Shown here in pieces: positions 1 through 11,423 of a stretch of 64,000 bases of DNA. Origin of the DNA: Diadema antillarum (taxonomy: Eukaryota); contig NW_027271047.1 in NCBI RefSeq assembly GCF_040938485.1, positions 310,001 through 374,000 of the forward strand, read 5' to 3'. Under the pieces are notes generated by a model. It ran no database searches, was not told where the DNA came from, and worked only from the letters and a program-made list of their open reading frames with translations. The position numbers were made by a program, and so were the translations under genes. Position 1 is the stretch's first letter, and each line of letters starts with the position of its first letter.

Positions 1-58
1 GCACTTTTTCTTGCGCCCTTTCTTAGCATTTGATTTCCCCTCCCCCCGACACCCCCTT

Positions 59-547
59 TCACTTTTTGGTGGGTGATTTGATCATTTCGCGGAGAACCCT
101 TTTTCCCCTGCCCAATTGCATGCTGGGTACCCCTGTGGGCGTGTCTTCGTCAGCCGATTCTTCCTCGTAATAATTAACATGAGGTGGCGGGAGATGAGAT
201 GACACGTAACTGTCACTACCGTTGTGATGAGAAGGCCCGGGAACGTCATGATTTGTTACATCATTAAGTACTCTTACAGTATTTGTTACATTAGTAGTAC
301 CCACATATGCATGTCTAACGTGAAGGTTAGATACATCACGTTCACTTACTCCGATTGTTGAATCTACGCTGTGATGTTGCGATGACTGTGGTGCTGGGGA
401 ACGATTGACGACTCGCTTGACGCTGGTCACAGCCTCGTCAACTGCTTTCTCTAACTGCGATGATGTGAACGCAACAGTTTCAGCCAGAATATTTTGCAAT
501 TTAGCTTTGAAAGATTTGGTACGCTGGGAATGAGATGGACTAGCCAT
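59..547 (-). CDS. Orphan 162-aa ORF (MASPSHSQ...KSPTKK), unknown product
   Basis: Open frame from an ACCATGG-context ATG at 547, preceded by a pyrimidine-rich acceptor-like site (TTTACCTAG). Ser/His/acidic low-complexity protein with a basic C-terminus; no recognised domain. Confidence 0.35.
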   Translation of the reverse strand: MASPSHSQRTKSFKAKLQNILAETVAFTSSQLEKAVDEAVTSVKRVVNRSPAPQSSQHHSVDSTIGVSERDVSNLHVRHAYVGTTNVTNTVRVLNDVTNHDVPGPSHHNGSDSYVSSHLPPPHVNYYEEESADEDTPTGVPSMQLGRGKRVLREMIKSPTKK

Positions 548-637
548 GGTGAAGAAACATCGTGACTGATTCACAAGTTCTAGGTAAAGTGGTGAGATGC
601 GATAAAATGATTCCCCCCCCCCCCCACACACACACCT

Positions 638-1200
638 TTAAAGGTAGGGGATACCATTTACAGACCTCCCAAAATGCAGCAAAACATTAAATATGAACCT
701 CAGGGGTCTTGTTTAAGCCACTGCTGAGAAATTTGGAAGTCAACAGTTATCTACAATTTGAATAATGCACAAAACTCAACTACTCAGTAGGTCTGTGTGT
801 CAGCCACACTTTAGCCTTTTTGTTGCAGTCTTATGTATTTTTTTATCTATAAACACAAATCTTAAAGTATAAGAGCTGATGTAATAACATATAGAGTGTG
901 TGGCCAGAATGTATATAGAAATGTTTGTAAGTTTTGATGAACTTTCTTCACAAAATATACATGATGGACACACATGCACTGCATGGGTCTGCAAAGGTAG
1001 CCTAGTAATGTATTGGAATTTACGGTGAGCCCCGAAAAAAAAATCAATTCAAAATCTAACGGTCAATAAAAATGTCCTAAATGTTACCTTCCACTTTCAA
1101 TATTATATGGGAGTTTCTAAAATGATACTCTCTTCAACATACCACTGTATTTATACAACTCTTTATTTAAGGCATGCAAATGGGATTCCCTATCTTCAAA
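638..1200. mobile_element. Non-autonomous DNA transposon (TTAA/AGG termini, Kolobok-like MITE)
   Basis: TTAA-AGGTAGGGGATACCATTT at 638 versus AAATGGGATTCCCTATCTTCAAA ending at 1200 (imperfect TIR); no coding capacity. Confidence 0.5.
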
Positions 1201-1340
1201 TAACCCATCCACCCACATGCTCTGGGGGGTCTTGCATCACTATACCGTAACCGTAAACAATGGTTTCAAGTTAGAACACGTTAAGGGTGTAACTCCTCTG
1301 GAGGATTAGTAGCTTTCTGAGATAGTCCAAGTCCAGTGTC

Positions 1341-1630
1341 AATAAGAGTAGAACAATACGCTTTAATTAACGAGGGCATTGACCTACAGGGCTTACAAAT
1401 TCTATTGTCATCGATTTGAAAGAGGGGATCAACGAGTCTGGACCTATCATATAATGTCAAGTACGCTTTGACTAACGTTGAAACTTCCAGTACAGACCTT
1501 AAATGAATAGAGGTAGAACAGTGGTTTTAATTAACGAGGGCGTTGGCCTACGGGGCTTACAAATCCTATCGTACCCGATTTGAAAGAGGTGATCAACTAG
1601 TGTGAACCTGTCACACAACACAAAGCAATA
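1341..1630. repeat. Two ~165-bp diverged tandem units
   Basis: TTTAATTAACGAGGGC...CTTACAAAT...CGATTTGAAAGAGG.GATCAAC occurs in units starting near 1341 and 1506. Confidence 0.8.
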
Positions 1631-1719
1631 CAAGCCTTATAATAGCCAAGTGCATGAGATCTCTATTGAAAAGACATAATTAGCTACCCTCCCAAACGCC
1701 ATAAACACCCCCTGCACTG

Positions 1720-1935
1720 TAAATAGGAAGTTTGTTGTGAATAAGGAGTTTGCTGCGAATGGAGACTTTGCTGTGCATGGAGGGAGTTTTCTGTGAATGG
1801 GAGGAGTTTGTTGTGAATAGGACGTTTGCAGTAAATGGAGAGTCTACATTGATAAGGGAGTCTGCTGGGAATGGAGAGTCTAAAATGCATGGGGGTGTTT
1901 GGTATGAATAGGGAGGGTAAGTGCTATGAACAGAC
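1720..1935. repeat. Degenerate ~18-20 bp minisatellite (GGAGTTTGYTGTGAAT-like)
   Basis: Repeated GGAGTTTGTTGTGAAT / GGAGTTTGCTGCGAAT / GGAGTCTGCTGGGAAT units. Confidence 0.7.
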
Positions 1936-2011
1936 AGTTTGCTGCAAATTCATGTCTGCAGTGAATAAAAAGTATCGTGAATGGGGATACTGATTTTTCA
2001 AGTATTCGGAA

Positions 2012-2038
2012 TCACAGACACAGACAGACAGACAGACA

Positions 2039-2078
<40 letters not shown>

Positions 2079-2090
2079 AACACACACACA
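2012..2090. repeat. (CAGA)n(CA)n microsatellite
   Basis: Directly visible. Confidence 0.95.
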
Positions 2091-2377
2091 GTGTATGAGT
2101 AGGCACGATGCGCACATTCCACATTCCACCATCAGAAACTTGCGAACCAATGTAACCTGACTCAAACAACAACACGCTTCGATACTAGCTCGACTATTTC
2201 GTTTTTTCTTCATTTTTATTTCACGTATGAATACATACATGATACATATTACTAAACATTTACATAATAAAAAAAAAACATATGGAAATTTGTCAAAATA
2301 AGGTAGAAATTTTGAGTGAAACATCAGTTCGTGTTCAATTCTTCATGCACTTTGCACGTATCTCGGGATGAAATTCA

Positions 2378-2932
2378 CTATTTTGCTTCTATCGCGTGAG
2401 CAGCCTTGATGGCATTTTCGTAGACACATCTCAATGCTATGAATTCACGTGGTGTTAGCACGATGCCCTTCTTCGACGGGCAAAGTTTCGAGTCTCTTTT
2501 CCTCTTGAAGAACTCGCGAATATCAATGTATATCTTGTTTCGGAATGTAGACACCGTGACGTACTTGAAGTTGTTGTTTTTGATGCCCAGTAAAAATCGC
2601 TGCGGCTCAGCTGGTTCGAGGCCAGCCTCGTGGTTGATTTGCATCGGTTCCTGGGGAACTGAAGCGTAGGGCCTAGTGTTTGCCTTCGTTGCATCGCTGG
2701 TTGCCTCGTCCTGATAGCGTAGGTTTCCGGCTTCGTAGTAAAACCCTGGTGGGGCTGATGTGTGGCGTCGCATCTCGGAGCCTTTAACACCTGTCAGGGC
2801 AAATGCATCGTTTGCTGTCTCGTCTTGATAACGAAGGTTCCGAATTCCGTTGTAAAGCCCGGCTTCGTCTATACCCGCGTCACATTCTGGTGGAAAACCC
2901 GTGTCTTCAACGTGCGAGTTTGACTTCTTCAT
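2378..2932 (-). CDS. Intronless PC4/Sub1 (transcriptional coactivator p15) ssDNA-binding-domain protein, 184 aa
   Basis: C-terminal FKYVTVSTFRNKIYIDIREFF...PSKKGIVLTPREF matches the PC4 signature (YVSV..F.G...IDIRE......P.KKGI.L). The N-terminal half carries a duplicated NLRYQDE motif. Confidence 0.8.
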   Translation of the reverse strand: MKKSNSHVEDTGFPPECDAGIDEAGLYNGIRNLRYQDETANDAFALTGVKGSEMRRHTSAPPGFYYEAGNLRYQDEATSDATKANTRPYASVPQEPMQINHEAGLEPAEPQRFLLGIKNNNFKYVTVSTFRNKIYIDIREFFKRKRDSKLCPSKKGIVLTPREFIALRCVYENAIKAAHAIEAK

Positions 2933-3125
2933 TGGCTAGGGTGGTGATGACTTGTACGATAATTCGGCTCGTTCAGGACTTTGTCGATTCATGGTGGTTT
3001 GCGCCAAATTTCTTTCGCTCTCAAACAAATATCGTGCTTTCTCAAAAATGTTGCTGGCTTTTATATCTTCCCTTCGCTTTTGTATCGAGAATTTTGTGTG
3101 ACGAATATTTCCATTTCAGGTTTCA

Positions 3126-3470
3126 TGACGTCAAAACTCAACATGTTCCAACTGGTCTGCCTACTGACTTCATTCTGCTTGATGACCTCATTCCCTGATA
3201 TTGACGTATGTGTGTCTATTCTGTCGAACTGTCTGAGCTTGTCCAACTTGTTTTATTTTCTTTACTTTTTTAAAATTCTTTTGTCTTTGATTGCAAAAGC
3301 GTCGGTCAGAGGACTGGTCCGAACGAAGTCCAAACGGTGACGTCATAATATCGCTGACGTCATGATTATTTCTTAAATTCTTTTGTCTTCGATTGCGAAA
3401 GCGTCGGTCAGAGGGCTGGTCCGAACGATGACGTCATAATCTCGCTGACGTCATAATTTCGATGACGTCA
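3126..3470. promoter_or_regulatory. Cluster of six perfect CRE/ATF palindromes (TGACGTCA) upstream of the PC4 ORF
   Basis: TGACGTCA at 3126, 3338, 3355, 3429, 3446, 3463; five lie in a ~90-100 bp tandem duplication with 17-bp spacing. Regulatory function is inferred. Confidence 0.55.
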
Positions 3471-3584
3471 CGTTGGAAAATAATAGACTCTCCTTAAAAC
3501 AAAGCCTGGCTTAATAAAATCTTCCTTCACAAATTCATTTTTTCTATAGTTTTATACATTTTAATTATCATCTAAAAAAAAAGC

Positions 3585-3945
3585 AATAGTCCATATTTCA
3601 TATTCTTATAATCCATTTGTCATCATTCATATTTTTCCATATTTCATACATCCATATTTCCATACCTCGAAAAATATATTTCATATTTCATAATTCTTCT
3701 GTTCCCTTCATCCATAATTCATATCTCCATAATTCATAATCCATATTTTCATCATTAATATTTGTTTTGTTCTCATCATCCATAATTCATATTTCAATTA
3801 TTCATGTTTCCATAATTCATATTTCTTTTGTTTTCAATATCCATATGTCATATTTCCGTAATTCATATTTCTTTTGTTTTCAATATCCATATGTCATATT
3901 TCCGTAATTCATATTTCTTTTGTCTATAAGATATTAATATCATAT
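3585..3945. repeat. AT-rich degenerate minisatellite (TTCCATAATTCATATT-like)
   Basis: Repeated TCCATAATTCATAT / TCCATATTTCATA units, including a near-exact ~45-bp duplication at 3825-3920. Confidence 0.75.
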
Positions 3946-4069
3946 TCTTTTGTTCTACACAAAAGAATATTTTTTTATGACGCTAAAAGCACCCCTTTAC
4001 TACTCGGGGTATACCGTAGATCTAGTAGTACCGTCCATAGGTGTACTGTGGGAATATACAATACACAAT

Positions 4070-4104
<35 letters not shown>

Positions 4105-4122
4105 CACACACACACACACACG
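4070..4122. repeat. (CA)n microsatellite
   Basis: Directly visible. Confidence 0.95.
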
Positions 4123-5269
4123 CGTAGAGTACGTAAAAACATTGCCAAATATTAGTAGCCATCGCGCCTTCTTCATGCATCCGGGTACAACATAGGGAGC
4201 GTAAGCATAACGAGCAGAACACGGCTGGGAAGAGTAATTAGTTGTGCCTCGGTGGCGTCTTACTCTTCGCCAAGACTTAATCATTAGCATATCCACCATG
4301 CAGATTCATACTTTTTCAACCAAAATTTACGAGCTTATTTGGTGATTTTAAAGTTTGTTTGTGGTGAAAGTAGTTCATTCGAGGTACCAACAACAACATA
4401 TTTTTTTATATAATTCGTGAGGACTGCCTCACTTAATGCCAACTTTCAAAGCAATAGAGTTATCCTTTCTAAAGTTATTAGACATAAAAGGGAAGAGTGT
4501 GCAAATGATTTCAAGATATGAAAAGGGGACTTTGAGACATACCTGATTATCCTATTCTCCCCCGAAAAGGGTTGTAGAAAAACTGTGGAAAACACACTTT
4601 ACCATTCATGTTATGATCCCAAACTAAAGGATTATGTAGAAGAAGTATACTTCTTTCAGAAAATGTGAAAAACCCAATTGGTAGACCCATTTCTTACCTT
4701 TTTTTGAGTCCTCACGTAAAATCAAGGGGTGCCACTTTTTGTTCGTTTTGTGATCACGGTCACATTTTATTGAAACTTAATTATGCTGTCATTTTCTAAA
4801 TTGCCTCTAACTAAACTGTACACTATCCAGCTATTGCTCATGTTAATGTAAGTGTTATCTGATATATAGTTTTTGATATATTAAGGATCAAAAGTGGGAA
4901 ATATTTGTTGTCACACCTGGCATAATTGCATATCTGTAGACAAATCTTGCCGGAATCCATACTGACTATGGTGTAATAAGTCATATTGGAGTAGAAAATC
5001 GTAAAAACGAATAAAAACTAATATTTCTCAAAAACAAGACAAACAGATATCGGACGGTAATTCGTGAGTGGTCTGCGGTCATGTTTGTTTGTTTTTTAAC
5101 TGGAGTAAATTTTGATACTTTCATTTTGGATTGTACGATACCAGTGATTAACGAAAAATTACATACGTGCAAAAAGGATTCAAGAATAATTATAAGGTAA
5201 AACATGTTTACCCACAGTTGGATCAATAACTTTTTCTGATCATAATTTTACCCGTGTCTAAAAGTATTT

Positions 5270-5995
5270 ATTTTCTCTCACTCCAAAATTTATGTCACAA
5301 GACCCTTCTCAGTCATTGTCCATCAAGAGGACAGGGCGACAGGCCGCCGACAGGCCGCTCCTGTCATTAGGATCTCTTTTACCTTGTTTTTGGATATTTC
5401 AGCCATTTCAAAACCGATTTTCATCAAATAAACTTTTGATACCCTTTAGAATTGCAGAATCTTTGACATTGCATAGAGTGGTTTCTGAAAACCAGGACTG
5501 TACACACCCTTTTAACACTTGAGCAGATGCTAAAATTTAAAACCTCTTCTCTAAGTAAACATGGGGTGTAGCTTTCCATTATTTAGATAGGTTAGAAAAG
5601 GAAGTCCATTTGTTTTGAGGTATAAGACACATAATTTTAAAGCTTAGAGTCTGCTGTGCTTATAGAATCTGCCCTAAACTGAAATTTATGTCTGGCAACT
5701 TTTTGGTGGTTTAATGATGTTGGGTCACAAATGGTGATAATTCTAATGTTGATGGCTGGTTGGTGGCTGAAAATTATGCGTCAAGTCCCTTTACAAATAA
5801 AAAACAACAAACAAACAAACAAACCGAACCACATTAAAAACTGTGTGTTTGGAACAGATGTTAAATAACGTTGAGTGGCACAAAAAAAAAAAATCTGTTT
5901 GCTGTACTGATTCAAATCAATTTGGAAATGTCTTCTTGATAGACAATGGCTTGAGAAGGGTCCTGTGATGTAATTTTTGGACTGAGAAAAACCAA
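5270..5995. mobile_element. Composite MITE region with ~60-bp inverted termini
   Basis: 5270-5330 (TCCAAAATTTATGTCACAAGACCCTTCTCAGTCATTGTCCATCAAG) is the diverged reverse complement of 5935-5995. Internal segments recur at ~10180-10380, ~25440-25600 and ~61870-62020. Confidence 0.55.
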
Positions 5996-6865
5996 AATTA
6001 TTTCAAACACGGATGAAATCATGATTTCAGAAATTTATATTTTGTAGATTTGTAGACTGAACGGGGCATTGTGATTAGGGATGGAAAATTCATGGCAATT
6101 TTCTTTAAGCCGTCAAATTTTAGCTTAAGATTGTGAAATCCAATCGAAAACTGAAATAACGTAATAAGATTAGTACAGTATCTGGGCGAAATCCTGTCAT
6201 GGGTTACATCTTGCGACTACCACTAGACTGACCAGGTATTCGTGAGGAGACACAAATTGTTTAGTTATGAAAAACCTGTTAATGGCTGAGTTTTATCAAA
6301 CTAAAGCAAGGAAATGATTAAAGGCAGATAGTTCTTGAATTAACAGTGATAACTTGGAATTTGAATAGGAAAGTATATGATACCTTATTGCATACCTGTA
6401 AAAATCATAATGAAAAGGTGGGAATATTAATCAAGCAAAGCGACGTCCAAAATTCAACAGACATAACCATGTGATCTACAATATCACTGTGATGTATGTG
6501 ATATTGTACAGCCTATATGAAATATGTCACCGTGATGAAAATTGTTGAAATTGTTGGAAATGGCCATAGTGTGCAATACCATGTGAATAATTCTGTTTGA
6601 TGATATTGCTTGGGGGAAAAAAGAAATTGTTCAGTTATGACATACAGAGAATAACTAAATCAAATAGGAGTAATTCAAAATAAAAAGTGAGGTGAGTGTG
6701 CCGGCCTACTCGACGGTGTTGACCTACCTGACATGAAAATCTTGCACTCTTTGAAAAAGAAAATGTTGAGGAGCTGCTGAAAATAATATTGTTTCAGTAA
6801 TAACAGACGGACGAAACACTGCTGTGAGGTGGTTATAAAATGACTTTTTTAACAATTCATTACAG

Positions 6866-7373
6866 GATTAGTGTAGAAGAGTCAAGTGATACAGATTCCC
6901 TTCTAAGAGCCATTGCCACTGATATCACTGACAATGAAGCCATCGAGGCCCTTGGGAAAGAGTTGGGCTTCTCCATGGGGCAAATCAAGAGATTCATACA
7001 AACCAACAGCCGTCATCATGAAATTACAAGTGATGGAACTACAAGCATGCTTTGTAAGTGGAGATATAAGGTGAGCCCATCGTCACTTAGATCGGACCTA
7101 AGGGAAGCTTTGACGAGAGCCAACCTAGTCTGGATTGCTGAGACACATCTACCATCAGGTAAGTCATCACACTCTTTAATACCCGTTTAAAGATTAGAAG
7201 AGATGAAAAGTATGCAATCGTACCATGGTTCCAAAAAGGCCGTCATGGTGCAATTGTATCATGAAAAGATCTGTAATCAGGATTGTGTTTGAACTTTTTG
7301 AAGTTCACAAGCTCAATATCGTAGCATCATTTCATACTCGTCTGCCTGAGCTAATTTCAAATTTCCAGCATAA
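6866..7373 (+). CDS. C-terminal DEATH-domain exon (6866 or 6877 to 7158) plus a terminal micro-exon (7369-7373) of an unidentified gene or pseudogene
   Basis: SLLRAIATDITDNEAIEALGKELGFSMGQIKRFIQTN...GTTSMLCKWRYKV...LREALTRANLVWIAETHL fits a six-helix DEATH pattern. Donor TCAG|GTAAGT at 7158; acceptor with CTAAT branch ...TTTCCAG|CA TAA gives an in-frame Ala-stop. Confidence 0.65.
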
Positions 7374-8165
7374 GAAGGCACGCAACAAATAATATAAATG
7401 CTTCATATCATATCATATAACTTGTGCCTGAATGAACATGGAGAAGAAATTACCAACACTACAGCTTTGACATGTTTCCTGTTCACTAAAAAATCAACTT
7501 AATAATATTCTTATTATGTAAAGCGGATATTAATGTATCGGCGATCCTTTATAGGGTATTTCACTCAAAGTTTTACATCACAATTAGTATGCGGGATGGA
7601 AAACCCCCTTTTATGCTAATGAACTGAAATCCAATAGCAAGTTTTTGGTTGAGTGTTGACGTGTACTTCTCTTGGTCTTATTTTATTTTGGTAAAAATCC
7701 CGATGTGTTACACTTCAGTGAGCACAGAGATGAGCAATATAATCCAAATTAAAACTCGGGAACTTTGATCTATTGCTAATGAATGTTGATTGGGGGATCA
7801 GTTCCTGCTTTTAATCATGAATTCAATTGTGGTAAATATCAAAAGGATGTCAAATTCCACTTCTGTTAAACATCGATATCAGCCGTTGTTGAAGATACGC
7901 TCTGACAGTTAAAAGGCAGATATTTGATGAAATTTTCACCCTTTTGTATGTGAAAAACCAAAGAAAACATGCCCAGAACTCGGGTAGTATAATACATAAC
8001 ACATTAAACACGAATAACATGAACAAATGTAGTCAAATGTCTAAATTTTGTCCACATTGAATAAAAGATTAGAACGTATTGAATCGCTGGTTGACTATTT
8101 TGTGATGATTATGGCAATGCGACATATATGATATTATATATCATTGACACCTCTTCATAAATGAT

Positions 8166-8555
8166 GAGTTGTCGTGGCTGATTGGATAAGAGCGCTCGTC
8201 TGTGAACGACATGAGCATAGTATGGTGCGTGGGTTCGAGCCCATGCCAAGCCCGACACGTTTGCCCTTCAGCAAGGCTCTTTATCCACATTGCTGCTCTC
8301 CACCCAGGAGTATAAATAGGTATCCGGTAGGATGTGAAAGCTTATGTTGGTTGATAGCATGTGCGCGCCTGTAAAATGGCTGTGACTGGCTGGAATGCTC
8401 CCCAGAGAGTAGAGAAAGAGCACTGTTAGTGCAGGTTGGAAATAATGTATCCAGTGACCGGGGTAATAATAGTCTGTTAAGCGCATTGAGATACTTAACA
8501 AGTGTGAAATGCGCTATATAAAAAAACCAGCTATTATTATTATTATTATCATCAT
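8166..8555 (+). mobile_element. tRNA-derived SINE with Deu-like core and LINE-type tail
   Basis: A box TGGCTGATTGG and B box GGTTCGAGCCC; core CCTTCAGCAAGGC...CTCCACCCAGGAGTATAAATAGGTA; 3' AAGCGCATTGAGA...GCGCTATATAA followed by (TAT)n. Confidence 0.85.
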
Positions 8556-11239
8556 AAAAAAATGACATAAACCTTGTGCACTCAATTCGTTCAAAATTTC
8601 ATCAGTAATAATCTGTCTCACACACGACACAACTTACTATAATGCAAGAATAAAACCCCCTTTTTACTATTGAATTTTGTCATTTTCACAATGACTTCTA
8701 CGCAACGAAGCGATTAAATTTAGTACAGAGGATAAAGAAGGGGTTTTTCCTCACCATGTGCTCATTGAAGCGTGAAATATTGACTAACAGGCAAGAGGAT
8801 CACTGTACATGCACATTGGTCCTAAGCGTAATATAAAGATATTATTTCAGTTGAACTAAGTGCGCAAAATCAAAGCTTTGCTTTTAAATGCGATTTTTGG
8901 TTTTATAGATTTAAAATAATTATGATTTAGTTTTGTTTTGTAATGTGCTCATTTAACCGTGATATAATTCATATTTTATACAAAAGTCGGAAATGGCTTA
9001 GCAAAACATAAATTCTATCTTTGGGGATACATTTACCACAGGAAACGTGTAAGAACTGCCATTACAGCAATTTTCATTCTATGGTCACTCAAGTGTGAAA
9101 TTTTCAGCACATTTTTTTTTTTTACGGTACGTTAAATAGGAAGTACGTGAATTGATTGTTGCGGGCATTCTAATGCTGGAAATTTGAGATTTGCTCGGAT
9201 ATCATAGAATCAAAATTACAAAATTGAGCTTGCGAACATAAAAACTGACCAATACACCTTTAGGCCATCCTCACTGAAGCGTGACCCAGTAATATCTACT
9301 GAATCTCACATGAAATGTAGCTAGGAAATACAGCTATATCGTCGGGGATTTCACGAACCGACGCTATTTCGATTTTTATCAAATTTTGCAGAATTGAGAT
9401 ATTGGTACCAAATGAAAGTGCTTTCAAAACTCTACCAAATCACAAAATTTCAAATAAAAAAATTAATATCAAGCTAAATATCAAAGAAAGAAAAAAAACG
9501 ACGGTACCAGAAATTGTCGATATTTGAACAAAGACAGTTTCACGAACCGACGCACAGTATGCCAGAGAGATACCAAAGTGCGCCAAAAGTTATTTTGGGC
9601 ACTTGGGATTTTTTAATTTTTGACATGCGCTCTTGAGAGGAAGTACTTTGAAGCATATTTCCTTCAAATATTGAAATCAGATATGTGACCGTGCACCTCA
9701 AAACGAACATAACGTCGCACACACTGATTTTGCGTGAGGACTGAAAATAAGTGAAATGGCTCAACCTAGCCGAACTTGACTTTTTCATATTTTCTGAAAG
9801 AGTAGGTCTTCTTTTACATTATGCTAAAATTTGGTATTATAAAACGGGCAGGAAAGTGTGTTTTCTTTAGCAGTTTATGTCGAACAATTTTGGTAGAATA
9901 GTGTGATTAGGTGTGTCTTTAGAATCCCTTTTTCATTTCTGAAAAACCTTGTCCACACTCTTCACTTTCAACTCTAATAAGTTTTGAAAGGATAGTGCTA
10001 CTGCTTTGAAAGTTGGCATTAATTATGGACAGAATGTGTTAATGAGGCATAATTAATTTCAGCTTAATCTGATAATCCCTTCATTGTTGTTACTCTGGTG
10101 GTTTACTTCCTGTTTTTTGTCCCATTCATGGCACAGCCAGCACGGTTTAGTAAAGATTAAGCGCTTGAATAAACACTGTACTTCAGAGCCTCTTTTCTCA
10201 GTTCACACTTTTCCTGAGTTTGTGCTTTCTTTCCAATATTTAGACAGGTTAGGAGAGTCCATTTGATTTGAGTTATACATCATTTTAAAGCTTAAAGTCT
10301 GCTCTTTCAGAACATGGTCTTAACTAAAAATTCATGTCTGGCGACTTTTTGTTTGTTTTGAGGTGCAGGGTCACATATGTACATTAAAGGGATATATTTC
10401 CTACCTGAAGTAGCAAAATACAAAATTTTAAGAGTTTCAGAGCAAACTGGAACCTCTTTAATAAATAAGTAATTTCGACATGTAGTTTTTGAGATATCAA
10501 CCTGTAATTTCTCCCACATATTTCTCGGCGTTTATTTTACGTTATGAATGCCGTAAAAATGCAAAGAAACTTAATCTTCATGAATATTTTCCAGTAAATA
10601 TCCTTGAAAAGAGGGTAATTATTTGTCGTTTTTTTAAATATCCAAATGAAAAGTTTAGATTTCCACGGATTTCCAACTCAATTCTATTACCACCACATTC
10701 CCTGATGTCTCAGCTTTAAGCTGCAAATACCAGATTTGGCTGCCACCTTTTGCCACTTTTCGTGTTAGAGCCGATTTTCCGCGGCACATTACGTCTATTT
10801 TGGATCTGGCAGCCGCTTAGGAATTCTGTTATCGTACGGTGCCGCAGGAGGGCGGCATTATATTTTTATTCATTATTTTTTTTTCTTGCACGTTAAAGGC
10901 CCAGAAACATGATTAACACTGGATAAGAGGTAAACAGAGTTATGGAATACATGAATAGGGCTAGTTCCGGCACCTAAAAGACCCCTCTTCCAAAGATAAA
11001 AGAGTACATAATTGCACATAGCCAAGGTCATGACCATATTGTCCATATTGTCATAGCCACTACTGTAAACAAGCTATTCCCTCTGCGATACATACTGTAT
11101 GGACACCTAAATACTTAGATCCTACTCTTGACATATGCAGATAGAATGTTATACACCTAAACACAGATATTTTATTCTCATCGGTTACTCTATGGAAGCA
11201 AAGTCTGTTGCTATCCGGCTGCTCACCAAAGTGTATCGG

Positions 11240-11423
11240 ATGGCAGTCTGATGAATCCGACTGTGTCGGTCGACTATCAGGTCAGAGTCAGACATTGCTC
11301 GTGTGATCCTCATCAGACGATCTTGCCTCATCTGATCATGCCCGACCTGTCTGACATTGACCTGATAGGCGACTAATTGAGCATAAACACACCCTTAATA
11401 TAAGTCGGATTCATCAGACTGTG
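11240..11423. mobile_element. Small hairpin MITE (~180 bp)
   Basis: CAGTCTGATGAATCCGACT / AGTCGGATTCATCAGACTG perfect outer arms; inner arms CTATCAGGTCA / TGACCTGATAG and TCAGACA / TGTCTGA. Confidence 0.7.

Noticed and set aside
1998-2324. ORFs with CVCVCV/THTHTH runs (also 3874-4299, 42028-42231)
   Set aside because: Translations of (CA)n/(TG)n microsatellites.
2803-3340. Plus-strand ORFs overlapping the PC4 region
   Set aside because: Antisense shadows with no domain; the minus-strand frame carries the PC4 signature.
6176-6235. Possible upstream exon for the DEATH gene (phase-compatible donor)
   Set aside because: Acceptor lacks a pyrimidine tract and the peptide is uninformative.
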